Positions 27,088 to 38,575 of a DNA stretch of 64,000 nucleotides are shown here, in pieces. This DNA comes from Antedon mediterranea (taxonomy: Eukaryota > Animalia > Echinodermata). The stretch covers positions 14,356,912 through 14,420,911 of the forward strand of contig NC_092675.1 in the NCBI RefSeq assembly GCF_964355755.1. Direction: 5' to 3'. Made by a program: the position numbers and the translations under genes. Each line of letters begins with the position of its first letter. Position 1 is the first letter of the stretch. A model generated the notes under the pieces. That model had not been told where the DNA came from. It did not search any database and saw nothing but the letters and a program-made list of their open reading frames with translations.

Positions 27088-30000
27088 CACTGTAAAAAAA
27101 AAATTGTTAAATTTACGGTAAAAAGCTGGCAGCAGTTTTGCCAAGGAAAACCCGTAAAATTTACGGTTAAACTGTAAATTGTGTAACGGTCAAAAACCGC
27201 AAAACTAACATTTGTTTGTAATTTATTTTACGGTTAATTGTATTTTGTTCTACAATATACTGTAAAAAAAAAATATCAATTTACAGGATTTTGTAAACAA
27301 AATTACATTGAAATGTAAAATAATTTACAGTAGACTGTATTAAAACAGTTTCCCGTAAATTAAATTACATTGAACTATTAAAGAATTTACGGTTTTCCAA
27401 AAATAACCTTGTATTTTACGGTTTTTCCTGGACAAAACTGCTGTCAGCCTTTTACCGTAAATTTTTCAATGTTTTCTTTTCTTTGTATACAGATGAGTCA
27501 CATACAGTGCATCAGGAAACAAGTTGTTCATATACGATAGCAATATTTAGATTTTTACTCCGAAATGTACAACACTTTGTATTTTCACATTACTATTTAA
27601 GACTGATAGGAATAAAGCAAAGCAATGTTATGGTAACAAGGTACACTATTTATTACACATTCTACGATTCTATTACCAGATTACAGGATAAAGTCCTAAA
27701 TCACATAATATTATTACAAACCAAATTTTATTGTTACACGTAATAGATTTGTAGTTTTTGTCTGTCTGTTGTATAAAAACTAAACGAATTCTAGTTTACT
27801 TTAAATTAATGTATAAATGTAATGAAATGTACTTAAATTTGATTATGAATTGCAAAAAGATTATTATTGATTTAAAAAACACAACAGTGGCCTGCATCGT
27901 CAAAGATCAAAGTCCAGGAGCCTATCCTGGCCAGTTCAGCTCATTGTCCTGTTGATTGATGAACATGCCTGTCAAAATTATAAAAATATATTATAAATAA
28001 AATTAAATATTAATTATTCCACAACATATATTACAGATGAATCAGGTGATACAACTGTAATGAAATGTTAGCTTCAATTCAAGGTTAATTATAATTATTT
28101 AAACTGTATAATTATAATCATAAGCGTATTGTTGTTCGAGCAAATCAAAAGTGCTTACTACAATAAAGCACAGGTAACTCACACCCAGGGCTTGCAGTGT
28201 TGTAACAATAACATGAACACTTTAGTTGCTTTAAAGCTATATAATACACACAATACTTTAATATCCAGGGTTATTACACATTTCTTGGTAGTTATATTAA
28301 CTGCAAATGATCTACAATTTACAAAGAAATTTTAAAAATACAGTATGTACTGTATTTTATCATATCTATTACTTGTATTGTAGTTTTTAAATTGAAGGGG
28401 TGTTATATTTTGACTAAATATATGTTACCATTTTACACCCTAAAATAAATGTCCCTCCTTCCCTTCTGAACATTTCTTTGAATAAATACGGTTTCTATGT
28501 ATGCAAACACTGATAAATGTACCTTTGCTATTTCTAGGGGTTCTACAAACAATTAATTAATTAAAAGAAAGTGTAAATGGGCTGAGCCAGATTGTTGTAA
28601 TTTTTACCCAAATTAAGTCATTTTAAATCTCAAAATAAATCATGATTAAATTCAAAATAAATATTTAAACCACCTACTGTTTATGTAGTCCATTCCAGGT
28701 CACTCATTTTGTTGATTATGGTGAGAACCTTAGGATGTATTGAATAATTCTTCTTATTTTTTCTGACTGCTGATTTTGACCCTTTGTCAGGATTCATTAG
28801 CATAAAGCATCTGAAAGAAACAAAATAATGTAGTTTATCATAAATTTGATACTGGAAAAGAATAAGCAAATTGCCTTTTATTAGGAAAAAAAATAAAGCA
28901 TTCTAACATTTATAGTTGTGAACTGTTAAAAAGCTTGCTTTTATACGGTAGTCACTTTCAAATGAAAGACACATTATCACCAAGTGTTTTATATATTACA
29001 TTTTGTCTAAAAATAATTAAAAACACTACTGTAGATGTTCAAATTCAAGCCAGTAGCAGCATAAAAGCCAGTGAAACTATACAATAAGTATGCAAAACAT
29101 ACCTTTGAAAAATTCCATCGTAGCTGCAACATCTCAGCATCATACTGGATTCCAAAACAGTAGTATGCAGCGAACAGCATTTCTAATCCAGACACACACA
29201 CGTAACAATGTTATTATTTAATTATTTACAACATGCCCATCAACAGCCAGCATCCACTTTGATGTTGTTAAAATTTCCCCTGTAAATTAAGAAAAAACCT
29301 AATAATTTGTTACAACATAACAAGCACTTTTATTTGATACAAGAAGAAGTCTATAAAAAGAGAACCTTATTCTCAAGATGTTTCAATGCCAAAATAAACA
29401 ATGCAAGGACTGGCTTTCTTTCTCCTTTTCATTTAAAGTTTGCAGCACTTTAACATACTCTACTACACTACTGGGTGGGCATAGTCTGGACTAGTGAATC
29501 CTAGCTCAGCTAGTAGGCACTAACCAACCCAGGGCGGGAAGGGCCGCCGGTCCCAATTACATTAAAAAAAAAAGTTGTATGTAGGCCTAGCTAGCTAGGC
29601 CCTATATAGTAGTTAATAGGCATATTATTGTTATTTAATAATCTATATATATATTTACGTAAGGGCAAAATTTGGTAAATCGCGCGTAATTTCTAGAATG
29701 TTTACTCGATGGTATATAAAGTTGGTTCGTACTTTCGGTACTGATTTTAACCACCTGATGTAACCCTGTTTACTAATTAAATTGAGTTCGATAATTAGTT
29801 ATTGACGATTAAAACGAATTTAGGTTCAACGATTTGCCCCAAATAGGGGTGTTTTCCGATCGTGGTATACACTGTCTAATGTATGTCCGTCTTGAAAAAT
29901 ACCCGCAGACGGTAATACGAGGATGCTTCGCATTTTCCTATCTCCTCTTACGATAATTGTTTTTAATGGCTGAAAACCGGTTGAACAGCTTGAGTACAGC

Positions 30001-31251
30001 ATCATAATGTTGAAGACAGGCCGATTTTCTTTAAAAAATACTATTTTGATAGATTTAATATACGTTTATACAAATGTATTGATTTGAAATGAATGGAACA
30101 TTCCAATCTCTGTTCCACAAGTGTCTATTCCTTCAGGTGTCGTAAAGGCAAGTACTGTATACTCATAACACAAATTCGATCCATTTTTTTTTCAATCTGT
30201 GCTGCAGAGGTTGGATATAGATTTTTTTAAACGGATAATGAGCTAGCGTTTTCAGTCGCCGTATATTATGTACAAATCTTTATTATTGCAGTTAAACCAC
30301 CCACGTGACATCATCACCCTTCCCTCACTACACTGGCATGAGTAGTGTTGTAAAGCCAGTAGAGGATAGGCCTACGGTGCATCACATGCCCTAAACGCAG
30401 AACAACTTTGGTGGGTAGGGTAGGAACCAACTTAAGTATGAATTGTCTCTAAGAAACAATTGAAAACCATTAGGCCTACTAATTAAGTTGAGTTAGATAA
30501 TTTAATATTTATTGACAATTAAATCGAATTTATGATTTGCCATTATATTAACAAATACACGTCGTAGTGATGTATCGTTACATGTACTGTACTATTTCAA
30601 TCGACTAGGACGGTGATAGTTTCAACAAAGTATTACATCGCAATGTTTTACTGTGTTTAGTGGTATATTATTTGTAAAACATGAAAACAATTAAGATTTC
30701 GTTACTACATGGATAAAGAATATATTTAAAAAGTGTTCCTCTTTGCACCCATCCTCTTTCCTATCCCTCAACCCTGTTACATACAAAACACAAATTAAGT
30801 TTGTTTAAATTTGACTTAAACAATTGGTCTCATTTTGTGACAAGTTTCTCTTTCGGAAGTAATTCCCAGGGTGCTAATTTTAGTTCAGTACATAAATAAC
30901 AGTGTCTATTTATTCGTTCCTGTAAACGACATGTATTATTGTCCTGCGGTACGTACATTTGAAATCGCCAGTTTTTTAACGCTGAAATTATTATGTATTC
31001 GAGAACCATCTGTGGGCACGACCTAGATGGTACACGAGCGAAGCGAGCGTACCATCTAGTAACTATAAATAATGTCAATTCCTGAAAAGATACTAGGCAG
31101 GCCTAGGCCTACTTGTATACAATTTATGGTGGAATAATAATATTTCATATATTTAATTAAATAGAAAAGTACATTTTAATTACTTTATTGAATAATGTTA
31201 AATTCCTGAAAGTATAGGCCTACGTATTTAACATGGTGGCTTAGCCTAGGT

Positions 31252-31285
<34 letters not shown>

Positions 31286-31853
31286 GGCTCCCTTTCACTT
31301 TCATCAACAACAATACCTAGCTAGGCCTACTACTAACCAAGCATTTGTATTTTGTACTGTACGGCTTAGTCTAGGCCTAGGTAGGCCTTCATCCTGACTG
31401 CTGAGAGTCCTGGCCTAGCTAGGCTTTTTAGGCAGGCCTGTAATGTACAGTTGGCTATGTCAGGCCAGAGTCTGAGAGTAAGTCAAGCCTAGCCTGGCTC
31501 TCTTTAACAGTTTTAACATAATATAGGCCTACATTTACTACCTAGTATCTTTACTAGGCTAAAATTAATAAAACAGACCACCTACCATAACTCTTAGTCT
31601 TAACTCGATCTTCTCAGTAAAATTTAAAATGGCTGACCCACGGCTAAATTTCAAATCTGAACACAGACGACGCATGCTCAGATTAATTTAATTACAGCGC
31701 CACCAACGAATTGGTACAAAAATTATTACTTACAATATATAGTTGTAACAAGGCGGAAATTAACAGTAAATGACTGTAATTAGTAAAAACGGTCGTCGGA
31801 TGTAATTTTTTACAGTCAAAAAATTGTAAATTTAACAGTTTTGTTTTACAGTG
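27088..31853 (-). mobile_element. CACTA/EnSpm-type element, non-autonomous
   Basis: Termini are CACTGTAAAA...TTTTACAGTG with a 2-bp TA TSD (27086-87 and 31854-55). TTTACGG/TTTACAG subterminal repeats are present. Spliced ORF remnants at 28681-29280 read FAAYYCFGIQY and RCFMLMNPDKGSK..HPKV. Confidence 0.85.
29642..31059 (+). mobile_element. Non-autonomous Helitron inside the CACTA element
   Basis: It starts A|TCTATATA and ends with the hairpin CTAGATGGTAC..GTACCATCTAG|T. There is no TSD. Confidence 0.8.
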
Positions 31854-32795
31854 TATAATATGGTGACACGTCATCGGTAGGTGACTACCACCTATTTCTG
31901 GCAAGAAAAGCTGATGTAGAAGATGAGGTAGAAGATGAGGTGTTTACGGAAGAGTACCTGAACCCTGTGCTGGAGGCGGAAATTTAGAAAGAAACTACCG
32001 AAACTTAAGTACAAAGAAATAATGAGAACAATTGAGAAGGTTTTCATAGAAGAATTTATATTCATTCTGAATGACATGATTGAACGTTATAACTTTCACG
32101 GCTCAAGATATGAGCAACTCCTAACATTTTTTCGACCAATTCTGGCATTGAAACTTGTGGACAATAGCGCTACCTGTAACGTATTAAATGAGCACATCGA
32201 CGATCAGGTTGTAAGAGGAATTTATTGACGAACAAACAAACTGAATACACAAGTATATAGAGGGCGCAGCCCATAAATATCTAAAACATCTTCTTTTCTC
32301 AGCTGAATTTGTTCAAAATGTTGATTAGTAACTTTATATCATTTAAATGCTTAAGATATCAGATTTGTTAAACTATGTACTGTTTCAATAAAGTTCTTCT
32401 ACAGTATTATATATTTTAAAGTTCCATTTTATGATTAAATGTATATCTTGAAATTTGTTCTTTCTTTAGTCCTTTTGTTATGTTTTAGAGTTGTTTCTTT
32501 TAAATTTTTTTTTTCTTTTTTTTAAACAAAATATTTACAGGTCCAACCGATTAGGTGGCTTGCTGGTGCGTCCGCTTCTGGTTATGTAAGCTGGTGGTTC
32601 GTTGGTATCAGGTTTAGCATTGGTTGGTGTTTTCTGTTTGGGAATGGTTATTTCTGGTGATGATTGTTTGGTCTCGGTGGTTGTTGGATGGGTGTTATAA
32701 TCATATGTGAGATCTGGTTCAAAGTATCTGTTTGCTGCACTTGTTGCTGTTTTAAGATCTTTTCTGTTTCTGCGATATTTCTTTCCATTGTGTTC

Positions 32796-32797
<2 letters not shown>

Positions 32798-32831
<34 letters not shown>

Positions 32832-33981
32832 TATATTTATACAGGATAAAACAATCAGATAACAGTGTATCTGTTTTACATTGTGGTCCTGTATTAATCA
32901 AAATATACAAAAGAGAAACTTAATTAAATATAATACATGTCAGTTTTTTATGAAAAGAAATGAGATTTGTATCTAGCCTTAAAGGACGTAATTGTTGGTG
33001 CCGATTTAATATTAATTGGTAAATTGTTCCATATTTTTGCGCCTGCAACTTTAAAGGACGAATTCATTTTACTAAGGGTGTATTTAGGTATTGTTACATT
33101 CAAATTTTCTACTCCACGTGTTAAGTGGGTGTGAATATAGCGAATCAATTCAATTTCATTTACTAATCTAATTGGTGCAAGGCCGTAAACACATCTATAC
33201 ATTAGACATGCTAGGGAGAAATCTCGTTTCTCTTCAAGAGTTTGCCACGATAGGTTCTGGATGATGTTGTCACCCTTACATTAATATAATCGAAGTTGTT
33301 AGTTACAATTCGAGCAGCTCTTTTTTGATGTCGCTTTAAAATATTTTTGTTTTAAACTCTGTCGTATTTCCCCAGACTGTTATAGCATAATCACTACAAG
33401 GCTGAATTGTACTTATATATAGAGTTTCAAGTAACGGTTTACTTAAACTACTAGCCATTTTACCTAGCATTGTTATTTTATATCTAATATTTTTACTAAT
33501 ACATTGAGTATTTTGTTTCCAAGTTAACATTTCATCGATTACGACTCCCAGATACCTTATACTATCAACTTGTTCTAATTTACTGGTTCCAATTTGTATA
33601 TTTAAATCATTACTGTCAGCTGTATGTACGTAACCAATCGATTTGTAAGAACAAAAGAGAGAGGATAGAACAATAGAAATCCGAAAGGTGATCGGGTAGC
33701 GTATCGTTCCCCTTTGTTGAAAAGGTAAAATACCTAATATACCGGGCCTAGCGAAAGGCCTAGTCACCCGGGATAGATAAGAATCACCTAAAAGGCCAAT
33801 GAAGTGTCCAAAAACTGACCTCTCTTGTATAAATCTGACACTGTATTCGATTTCCGTTATGTACTGTCAAAATTGATCACGATGTATAACATATCTTATG
33901 TTTTATATCTTCTTTTTCTTTAGAGTGATTGCATACAACCATAACCTTGTACGTGATAGTTCAGTTCTTTTACAATGAACA
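32798..33981 (-). mobile_element. 5'-truncated CR1/L2-like LINE plus extra 5' sequence, inserted in the 3' end of Gypsy pol
   Basis: A (TAA)n tail lies at 32798-32832. The ORF2 end reads IRYLGVVIDEMLTWK..IQPCSDYAITVWG..GAKIWNNLP. TTCTA is repeated at 32793-97 and 33982-86, and the Gypsy text SYVVE|HNGKKYRRNR rejoins. Confidence 0.8.
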
Positions 33982-36345
33982 TTCTACTACATAAGATCGT
34001 GGTGTATTGTGATGTTCAATTACTGTTGCTGGTTGCCATTGTTTTGATCCTGGCAGGGGTGTCATTCTTACTGAATCTCCTGGTGCCAAAGCTGGGAGTG
34101 AGTTGCCATGTTTTTGATCATAGTAGTGTTTCTGTTTGCTCTGGTCTGCTTGAAATCGTTGCTTGATGTCTGTTGTATCATATGACTTTGGCTGTAGTAA
34201 TGTTTTGGCTGTAGGAAGCAGGTTTCGTGCTCTTCGTCCCATTAGCAATTGAGCGGGTGATAATTTACAGCTTGCTAGTGGTGTTGTTCTGTAATCTAGC
34301 AAGGCTAGATTTTTGTCATTGCTTTTCTTCCATAGTCGTTTTACTGTCTGTACAGCTCTCTCTACCTCACCGTTTGATTGTGGGTAGTATGGTGAAGAAG
34401 TGCTGTGCTGTATATCGTAGTCTTTGCAGAATTTGGTAAACTCTGCTGATGAGTATTGCGGACCATTATCTGTTCTTATATTTTCGGGTATCCCGTGCCG
34501 ACTGAATTGTTTCTTTAAGTTGTCTATTACCGTGGAGCTATCAGTTTTCTGCAAATGGTCTACTTCGATGTACTTTGAGTAGTAATCGATGGTTATTAGG
34601 TTGTCTTGTCGTTCAAACTCAAAGAGGTCGCTTGCTACTTCATTCCATGGTAATTCTGGTAGTTTATATGATTTAAGTGGTTCAGTGTGTTGACGATTTT
34701 GATAGGTATTGCATAGCTGGCAATCCTTGACTAATTCTTCCACTTGTACGCTCATACCGGGCCAATACAGAGATTCACGTGCCCGCTGTTTGCATTTTAC
34801 TATGCCCTGATGGAATGAATGTATTTGGTTAAGCATGTTTGATCTCATGCTTGGTGGAACGACAATATGCATTCCTTTGTATACTATTCCATCTGCAACT
34901 GACAGTTCATCTCTTGCAGTCCAGTATTGCCTAATTGCATGTGGTGTCTCTTCTTTTGTGTCTGGCCATCCTTTGAGAATCATGCTGTGCAGTTCGTTTA
35001 GTTCTTTGGCTGTGCAACTTTGAAATTCAGCATACCTGACTGGTGATACTGCTATGTAGTCTGTCATGTTAATTGTGATCGGTTTGATATCTGGTTCTGT
35101 GTCTGGTAAGTTAGCACGGCTTAGTGCGTGACCGATCGCAATTTCTTTGCCTGGTCTGTATGTTACATTAAGGTCATACGGTTGTAGTCTTAGCAGCATG
35201 TTTTGAAGTCTCATTCGGGCGGAGAGTATTGGTTTTGAGTATATAGCTTGCAGTGGCTTGTGATCACTTTCTACTGTTACTTGGTTTCCAAACACATAGT
35301 GATGAAACTTCTTGCAACTGTGCACTATTGCCAGCATTTCTTTTTCTATTTGTGCATATCTGCACTCTGTTGGGGTTAGTGCTCTTGAAGTGTATGCGAC
35401 TGGATGTCCTTCTTGCAATAGCACACCACCCAGCGCATAGCTGCTTGCGTCACATTGTATGGTCACTTCTTTTCGCTGATCGAAGTAAGCTAGCACAGGT
35501 GTAGTGCTGCACATTTGTAGTAGCTTTTCAAAGCTTTGTTGTTGGGGCTTGTCCCAGTAGAAGTCTGTATCTTTGCTAGTAACTTTTCTGAGTGGTGCAT
35601 CCACTTCACTAAGATTAGGTATAAATTTTGCCAAAGATTGTATCATACCTAGGAATCTTCGTACATCTTCTTTTGATTGAGGCCTTGGCATCTCAGTTAG
35701 AGCCTTTATCTTATCTGGATCAGGTTGAAGACCATCTTTTGACAAGATATGACCAACATATTTGACTTTGTGTTTCTTCACTTGACATTTTGAAAAGTTT
35801 AGCTTTAGGTTCCAATTGGTAGCTCTGTCTACTACCTTTCTCATAATTTCATCGTGGTGTGTCTCATCTCTGCCTGCACCTAGTATATCGTCCATGACTG
35901 CTCTAGCACCTTCAATTCCCTCTAACATGTTATCCATTATCTTTTGAAAGATTTCTGGTGCACTCTTTATCCAAAATGGTAATCTTAGCCATCGGTACCG
36001 TCCTATTGGGGTGTTAAACGTTGTCACCAGACTAGATTCGTAGTCCAGCTCGATTTGCAGGAATCCAGACTTTGCGTCAATAACTGAGAAAATCTTTGAC
36101 CCTGCTACTGAAGCTACTATTTCTTCAACAGTTGGAATTGGATAGTGTTCTCTTCTGATTGCTTTGTTTAGATCCTTAGGATCAGAGCAGATTCTTATTT
36201 TGTCGCCTTTGACTACAACTACCATAGAACTGACCCAGTCAGTGGGCTCTGATATTTTAGTGATATGTCCATCTTTTTCCATCTCAGCCAACTTATGCTT
36301 TATCTGCTTTTGTAAGGCAAGTGGTTGTTTCCTTGGACCGTGCAC
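33970..36345 (-). CDS. pol: Gypsy pol: RT, RNase H and integrase (C-terminus cut by the LINE insertion)
   Basis: 791-aa ORF with RT (IDAKSGF, VMDDIL), RNase H (CDAS, EKEMLA, SDHKPL) and integrase (HSFH..CQLC, DLF..TDNGPQ..GEVER) motifs. Confidence 0.93.
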   Translation of the reverse strand: MHGPRKQPLALQKQIKHKLAEMEKDGHITKISEPTDWVSSMVVVVKGDKIRICSDPKDLNKAIRREHYPIPTVEEIVASVAGSKIFSVIDAKSGFLQIELDYESSLVTTFNTPIGRYRWLRLPFWIKSAPEIFQKIMDNMLEGIEGARAVMDDILGAGRDETHHDEIMRKVVDRATNWNLKLNFSKCQVKKHKVKYVGHILSKDGLQPDPDKIKALTEMPRPQSKEDVRRFLGMIQSLAKFIPNLSEVDAPLRKVTSKDTDFYWDKPQQQSFEKLLQMCSTTPVLAYFDQRKEVTIQCDASSYALGGVLLQEGHPVAYTSRALTPTECRYAQIEKEMLAIVHSCKKFHHYVFGNQVTVESDHKPLQAIYSKPILSARMRLQNMLLRLQPYDLNVTYRPGKEIAIGHALSRANLPDTEPDIKPITINMTDYIAVSPVRYAEFQSCTAKELNELHSMILKGWPDTKEETPHAIRQYWTARDELSVADGIVYKGMHIVVPPSMRSNMLNQIHSFHQGIVKCKQRARESLYWPGMSVQVEELVKDCQLCNTYQNRQHTEPLKSYKLPELPWNEVASDLFEFERQDNLITIDYYSKYIEVDHLQKTDSSTVIDNLKKQFSRHGIPENIRTDNGPQYSSAEFTKFCKDYDIQHSTSSPYYPQSNGEVERAVQTVKRLWKKSNDKNLALLDYRTTPLASCKLSPAQLLMGRRARNLLPTAKTLLQPKSYDTTDIKQRFQADQSKQKHYYDQKHGNSLPALAPGDSVRMTPLPGSKQWQPATVIEHHNTPRSYVVECSL

Positions 36346-36378
36346 TACTGGTCTAACTGTAGGGTCAATTTTCAGTGA

Positions 36379-37626
36379 TTATTTCCCTGGTAGTGTGCCA
36401 GTTGTCTTTCTTAATTGAGGATAGTCATTGATGCTGTTTATACGCTGTATCAGCTGCAGTTGTTTGCTTGCTGCTCCTGATAAGATTGGTATTTTATCAG
36501 TTTTCACAACATAATACATTATGTCAACTGTACATTTCTTGTATGTGGTTGGTAATGTTATACAACCCTTCACTTCTAAGGCGTGACTGGTATACGACTG
36601 AAGTTTTAAGCTAGTTGGTTTTAACTTATGATTGAGTTTCTTATTCTTAACCCAACTATATGACATAATGCTTGCCGCTGCTCCTGTGTCGATCTGAATG
36701 CGCACTGGCTCTCCATCCACTATCACGGTTTCATGCCATTCACTATTAGATGTTTTTCCAATAGCATTTATCACATCGATTAGATGCTGATATTCATCCT
36801 GACTTTCAGTGTCACTGTCGGTTTCTGCGTACTGTTCTTCCACTTGGTGAGCACCTTTAGGATTGGTACCCTTCTTTCTGCAGACTGCTGCAAAGTGGTT
36901 CAACTTATGACATACAGCACACGTTTTGCCTTTAGCTGGGCATTTATTATGTGTGTTGTCGTAACCGCATTTAGTGCATTTATTGTTTCTTGCCGACGTC
37001 TTATTGTACTGTTTTGGCCTTTGTTTATAGTTTGACCTTTTTCTAACCTCATGTATTTTTGCGTCTTCATCTTTGTTTATTATTACTTTCATACTTTCTT
37101 GTGATGTTTCATAATTCTGACCTATGGTTATGGCTTTGTCTAAGGTCAGTTCATCGCCAAGATCTATACATTTTTCTTTGACCTTTGAGTGCAGGGCGTT
37201 GCAGACAATAGAGTCTCTTAACATTCTATCTTCTTCTTGGTAATTACAGTCCTTTACTAAAACTCTCAGGTCTGTGACAAAATCATCAAATCTCTCACCT
37301 TCTAATTGTTTCCTTCTGTGGAAATTTACTGTAGCCCTTATAGTATTCTTTTTAGGTGCTACATATGCATCAAATTTAGCATACACGCCGTTGAGCGTTT
37401 CGTTTTCTGCTGGTCGATCACCTTCGGCTCGTGCCCACGTGAATGTACCATATACTTCTCTTCCCTTGTCGCCGATGTAGGTCATCATATAATTGACCTT
37501 TTCCACTTCGCTCTTTGTTGCGAGTGGGCCCTTAAATGTAAACTCACAGTGTTGTTTGAAACGTTTCCACTCTTTATTTAAGTCTGTGGCTGCCCAATTC
37601 ATTGTAGGTTTGTGGACTTTATCCAT
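36379..37626 (-). CDS. gag: Gypsy gag-protease
   Basis: 415-aa ORF with the zinc knuckles CTKCG..H..C and CAVCHKLNHFAAVC and the protease motif IDTGA. It is in the same frame as pol and separated from it by one TAA. Confidence 0.92.
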   Translation of the reverse strand: MDKVHKPTMNWAATDLNKEWKRFKQHCEFTFKGPLATKSEVEKVNYMMTYIGDKGREVYGTFTWARAEGDRPAENETLNGVYAKFDAYVAPKKNTIRATVNFHRRKQLEGERFDDFVTDLRVLVKDCNYQEEDRMLRDSIVCNALHSKVKEKCIDLGDELTLDKAITIGQNYETSQESMKVIINKDEDAKIHEVRKRSNYKQRPKQYNKTSARNNKCTKCGYDNTHNKCPAKGKTCAVCHKLNHFAAVCRKKGTNPKGAHQVEEQYAETDSDTESQDEYQHLIDVINAIGKTSNSEWHETVIVDGEPVRIQIDTGAAASIMSYSWVKNKKLNHKLKPTSLKLQSYTSHALEVKGCITLPTTYKKCTVDIMYYVVKTDKIPILSGAASKQLQLIQRINSINDYPQLRKTTGTLPGK

Positions 37627-38156
37627 TTTGGTTTATTTCGTTCTATAAACTAGAAAAATATCCTACTTTCTGACACCATGTAACGTATTAAATGAGCACA
37701 TCGACGATCAGGTTGTAAGAGGAATTTATTGACGAACAAACAAACTGAATACACAAGTATATAGAGGGCGCAGCCCATAAATATCTAACACTACCCATTT
37801 TGAATGGGCGCTAAACTACTTTCATTTACGTTGTATCAATGTTGATGCGTTCGATAAAGCCATAAAGTTGATTACAAATGATTCAGAACTGTTTAATAAG
37901 ATTCTTAACCAATTGTAATTTGTACAAATTTAAATATTATCTTAACACTTTTAATTAATATTTTTATAATTCTTATTTCTTTTCGGTAAATTTATTATTA
38001 TTATGGTTGTAAAATATATTGAAATAGAATGTGTGTTAAAATAAAGGTTGTGTTTTTTTTTAAAGCAACAACGAAAATAAAATTTGATCTTTGCGTGTTA
38101 TTTAAGTATTTGATTTATTTTTTAAATTTTCATTTGGGTGAATGAGGGTAATGAGT

Positions 38157-38575
38157 ATGGATGAGTACATATGAAAAGTATATTACAATCCTAAGCATCC
38201 TGATAGTTTTGGTGGTGTGGACCGACTTTATCAAAATGTAAAAGACGATTTAAATATTACCAAGAGACAAGTTCAAGACTGACTGAGCGAGCAAGATACA
38301 TATACATTACACAAATCCATTCAACGTAAATTCAAACGAAACTGGGTACTTGTAAGTGCTATTGATGAACAATGGGAACTGGATTTGTAAAAATAACGTG
38401 TATAAATTTTGATTCAGACAAACTGTTTGCAAAATCAAAGGTTTGACTTTAAATTTCCAAAAATCAAAGGAAGTCAATTTTGAAATAGTTGGTAGCATGG
38501 TACGAGGAATCGGACTGGAAAAAATAACAACAACTAATCCTAACAAAATAACCCGTAAACCAAAATCTCGCTAAA
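38157..38575 (+). pseudogene. Polinton integrase N-terminus fused by deletion to the pPolB C-terminus
   Basis: YYNPKHPDSFGGVDRLY..LSEQDTYTLHK..RKFKRNWVLVSAIDEQWELDL (integrase) is directly followed by TVCKIKGLTLNF..VNFE..ITTTNPNKITR (end of protein-primed PolB). Confidence 0.85.

Larger units (their letters stand above)
32175..37790 (-). mobile_element. Ty3/Gypsy (Mag-like) LTR retrotransposon
   Basis: LTRs at 32175-32288 and 37679-37790 (TG..CA) differ only by a 2-bp indel. The TSD is CTACC. The PBS TGGTGTCAGAA (tRNA-Leu type) is at 37678-37668 and a polypurine tract is at ~32289-32300. Confidence 0.96.
26803..37918 (+). pseudogene. Polinton accessory ORF with tandem SUMO-interacting motifs, split by CACTA and Gypsy (pieces 26803-27087, 31854-32174, 37791-37918)
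   Basis: The N-terminus reads MGSVIEVIDLTMDSDVEEEVIDITNDSESEDED. LKLVDNSAT|HFEWALNYF reads in frame across the Gypsy TSD. Joining across the CACTA site needs a stop or frameshift, so a single ORF is inferred. Confidence 0.6.

Noticed and set aside
36346-36381. Programmed stop-codon readthrough between gag and pol
   Set aside because: The TAA falls after the protease at a position that is normally Tyr (GKY.L.ID). It is more likely a point mutation in a single-ORF element.
33975-37581. Plus-strand ORFs overlapping Gypsy gag/pol
   Set aside because: They are antisense shadows of the long minus-strand ORFs and contain no motifs.
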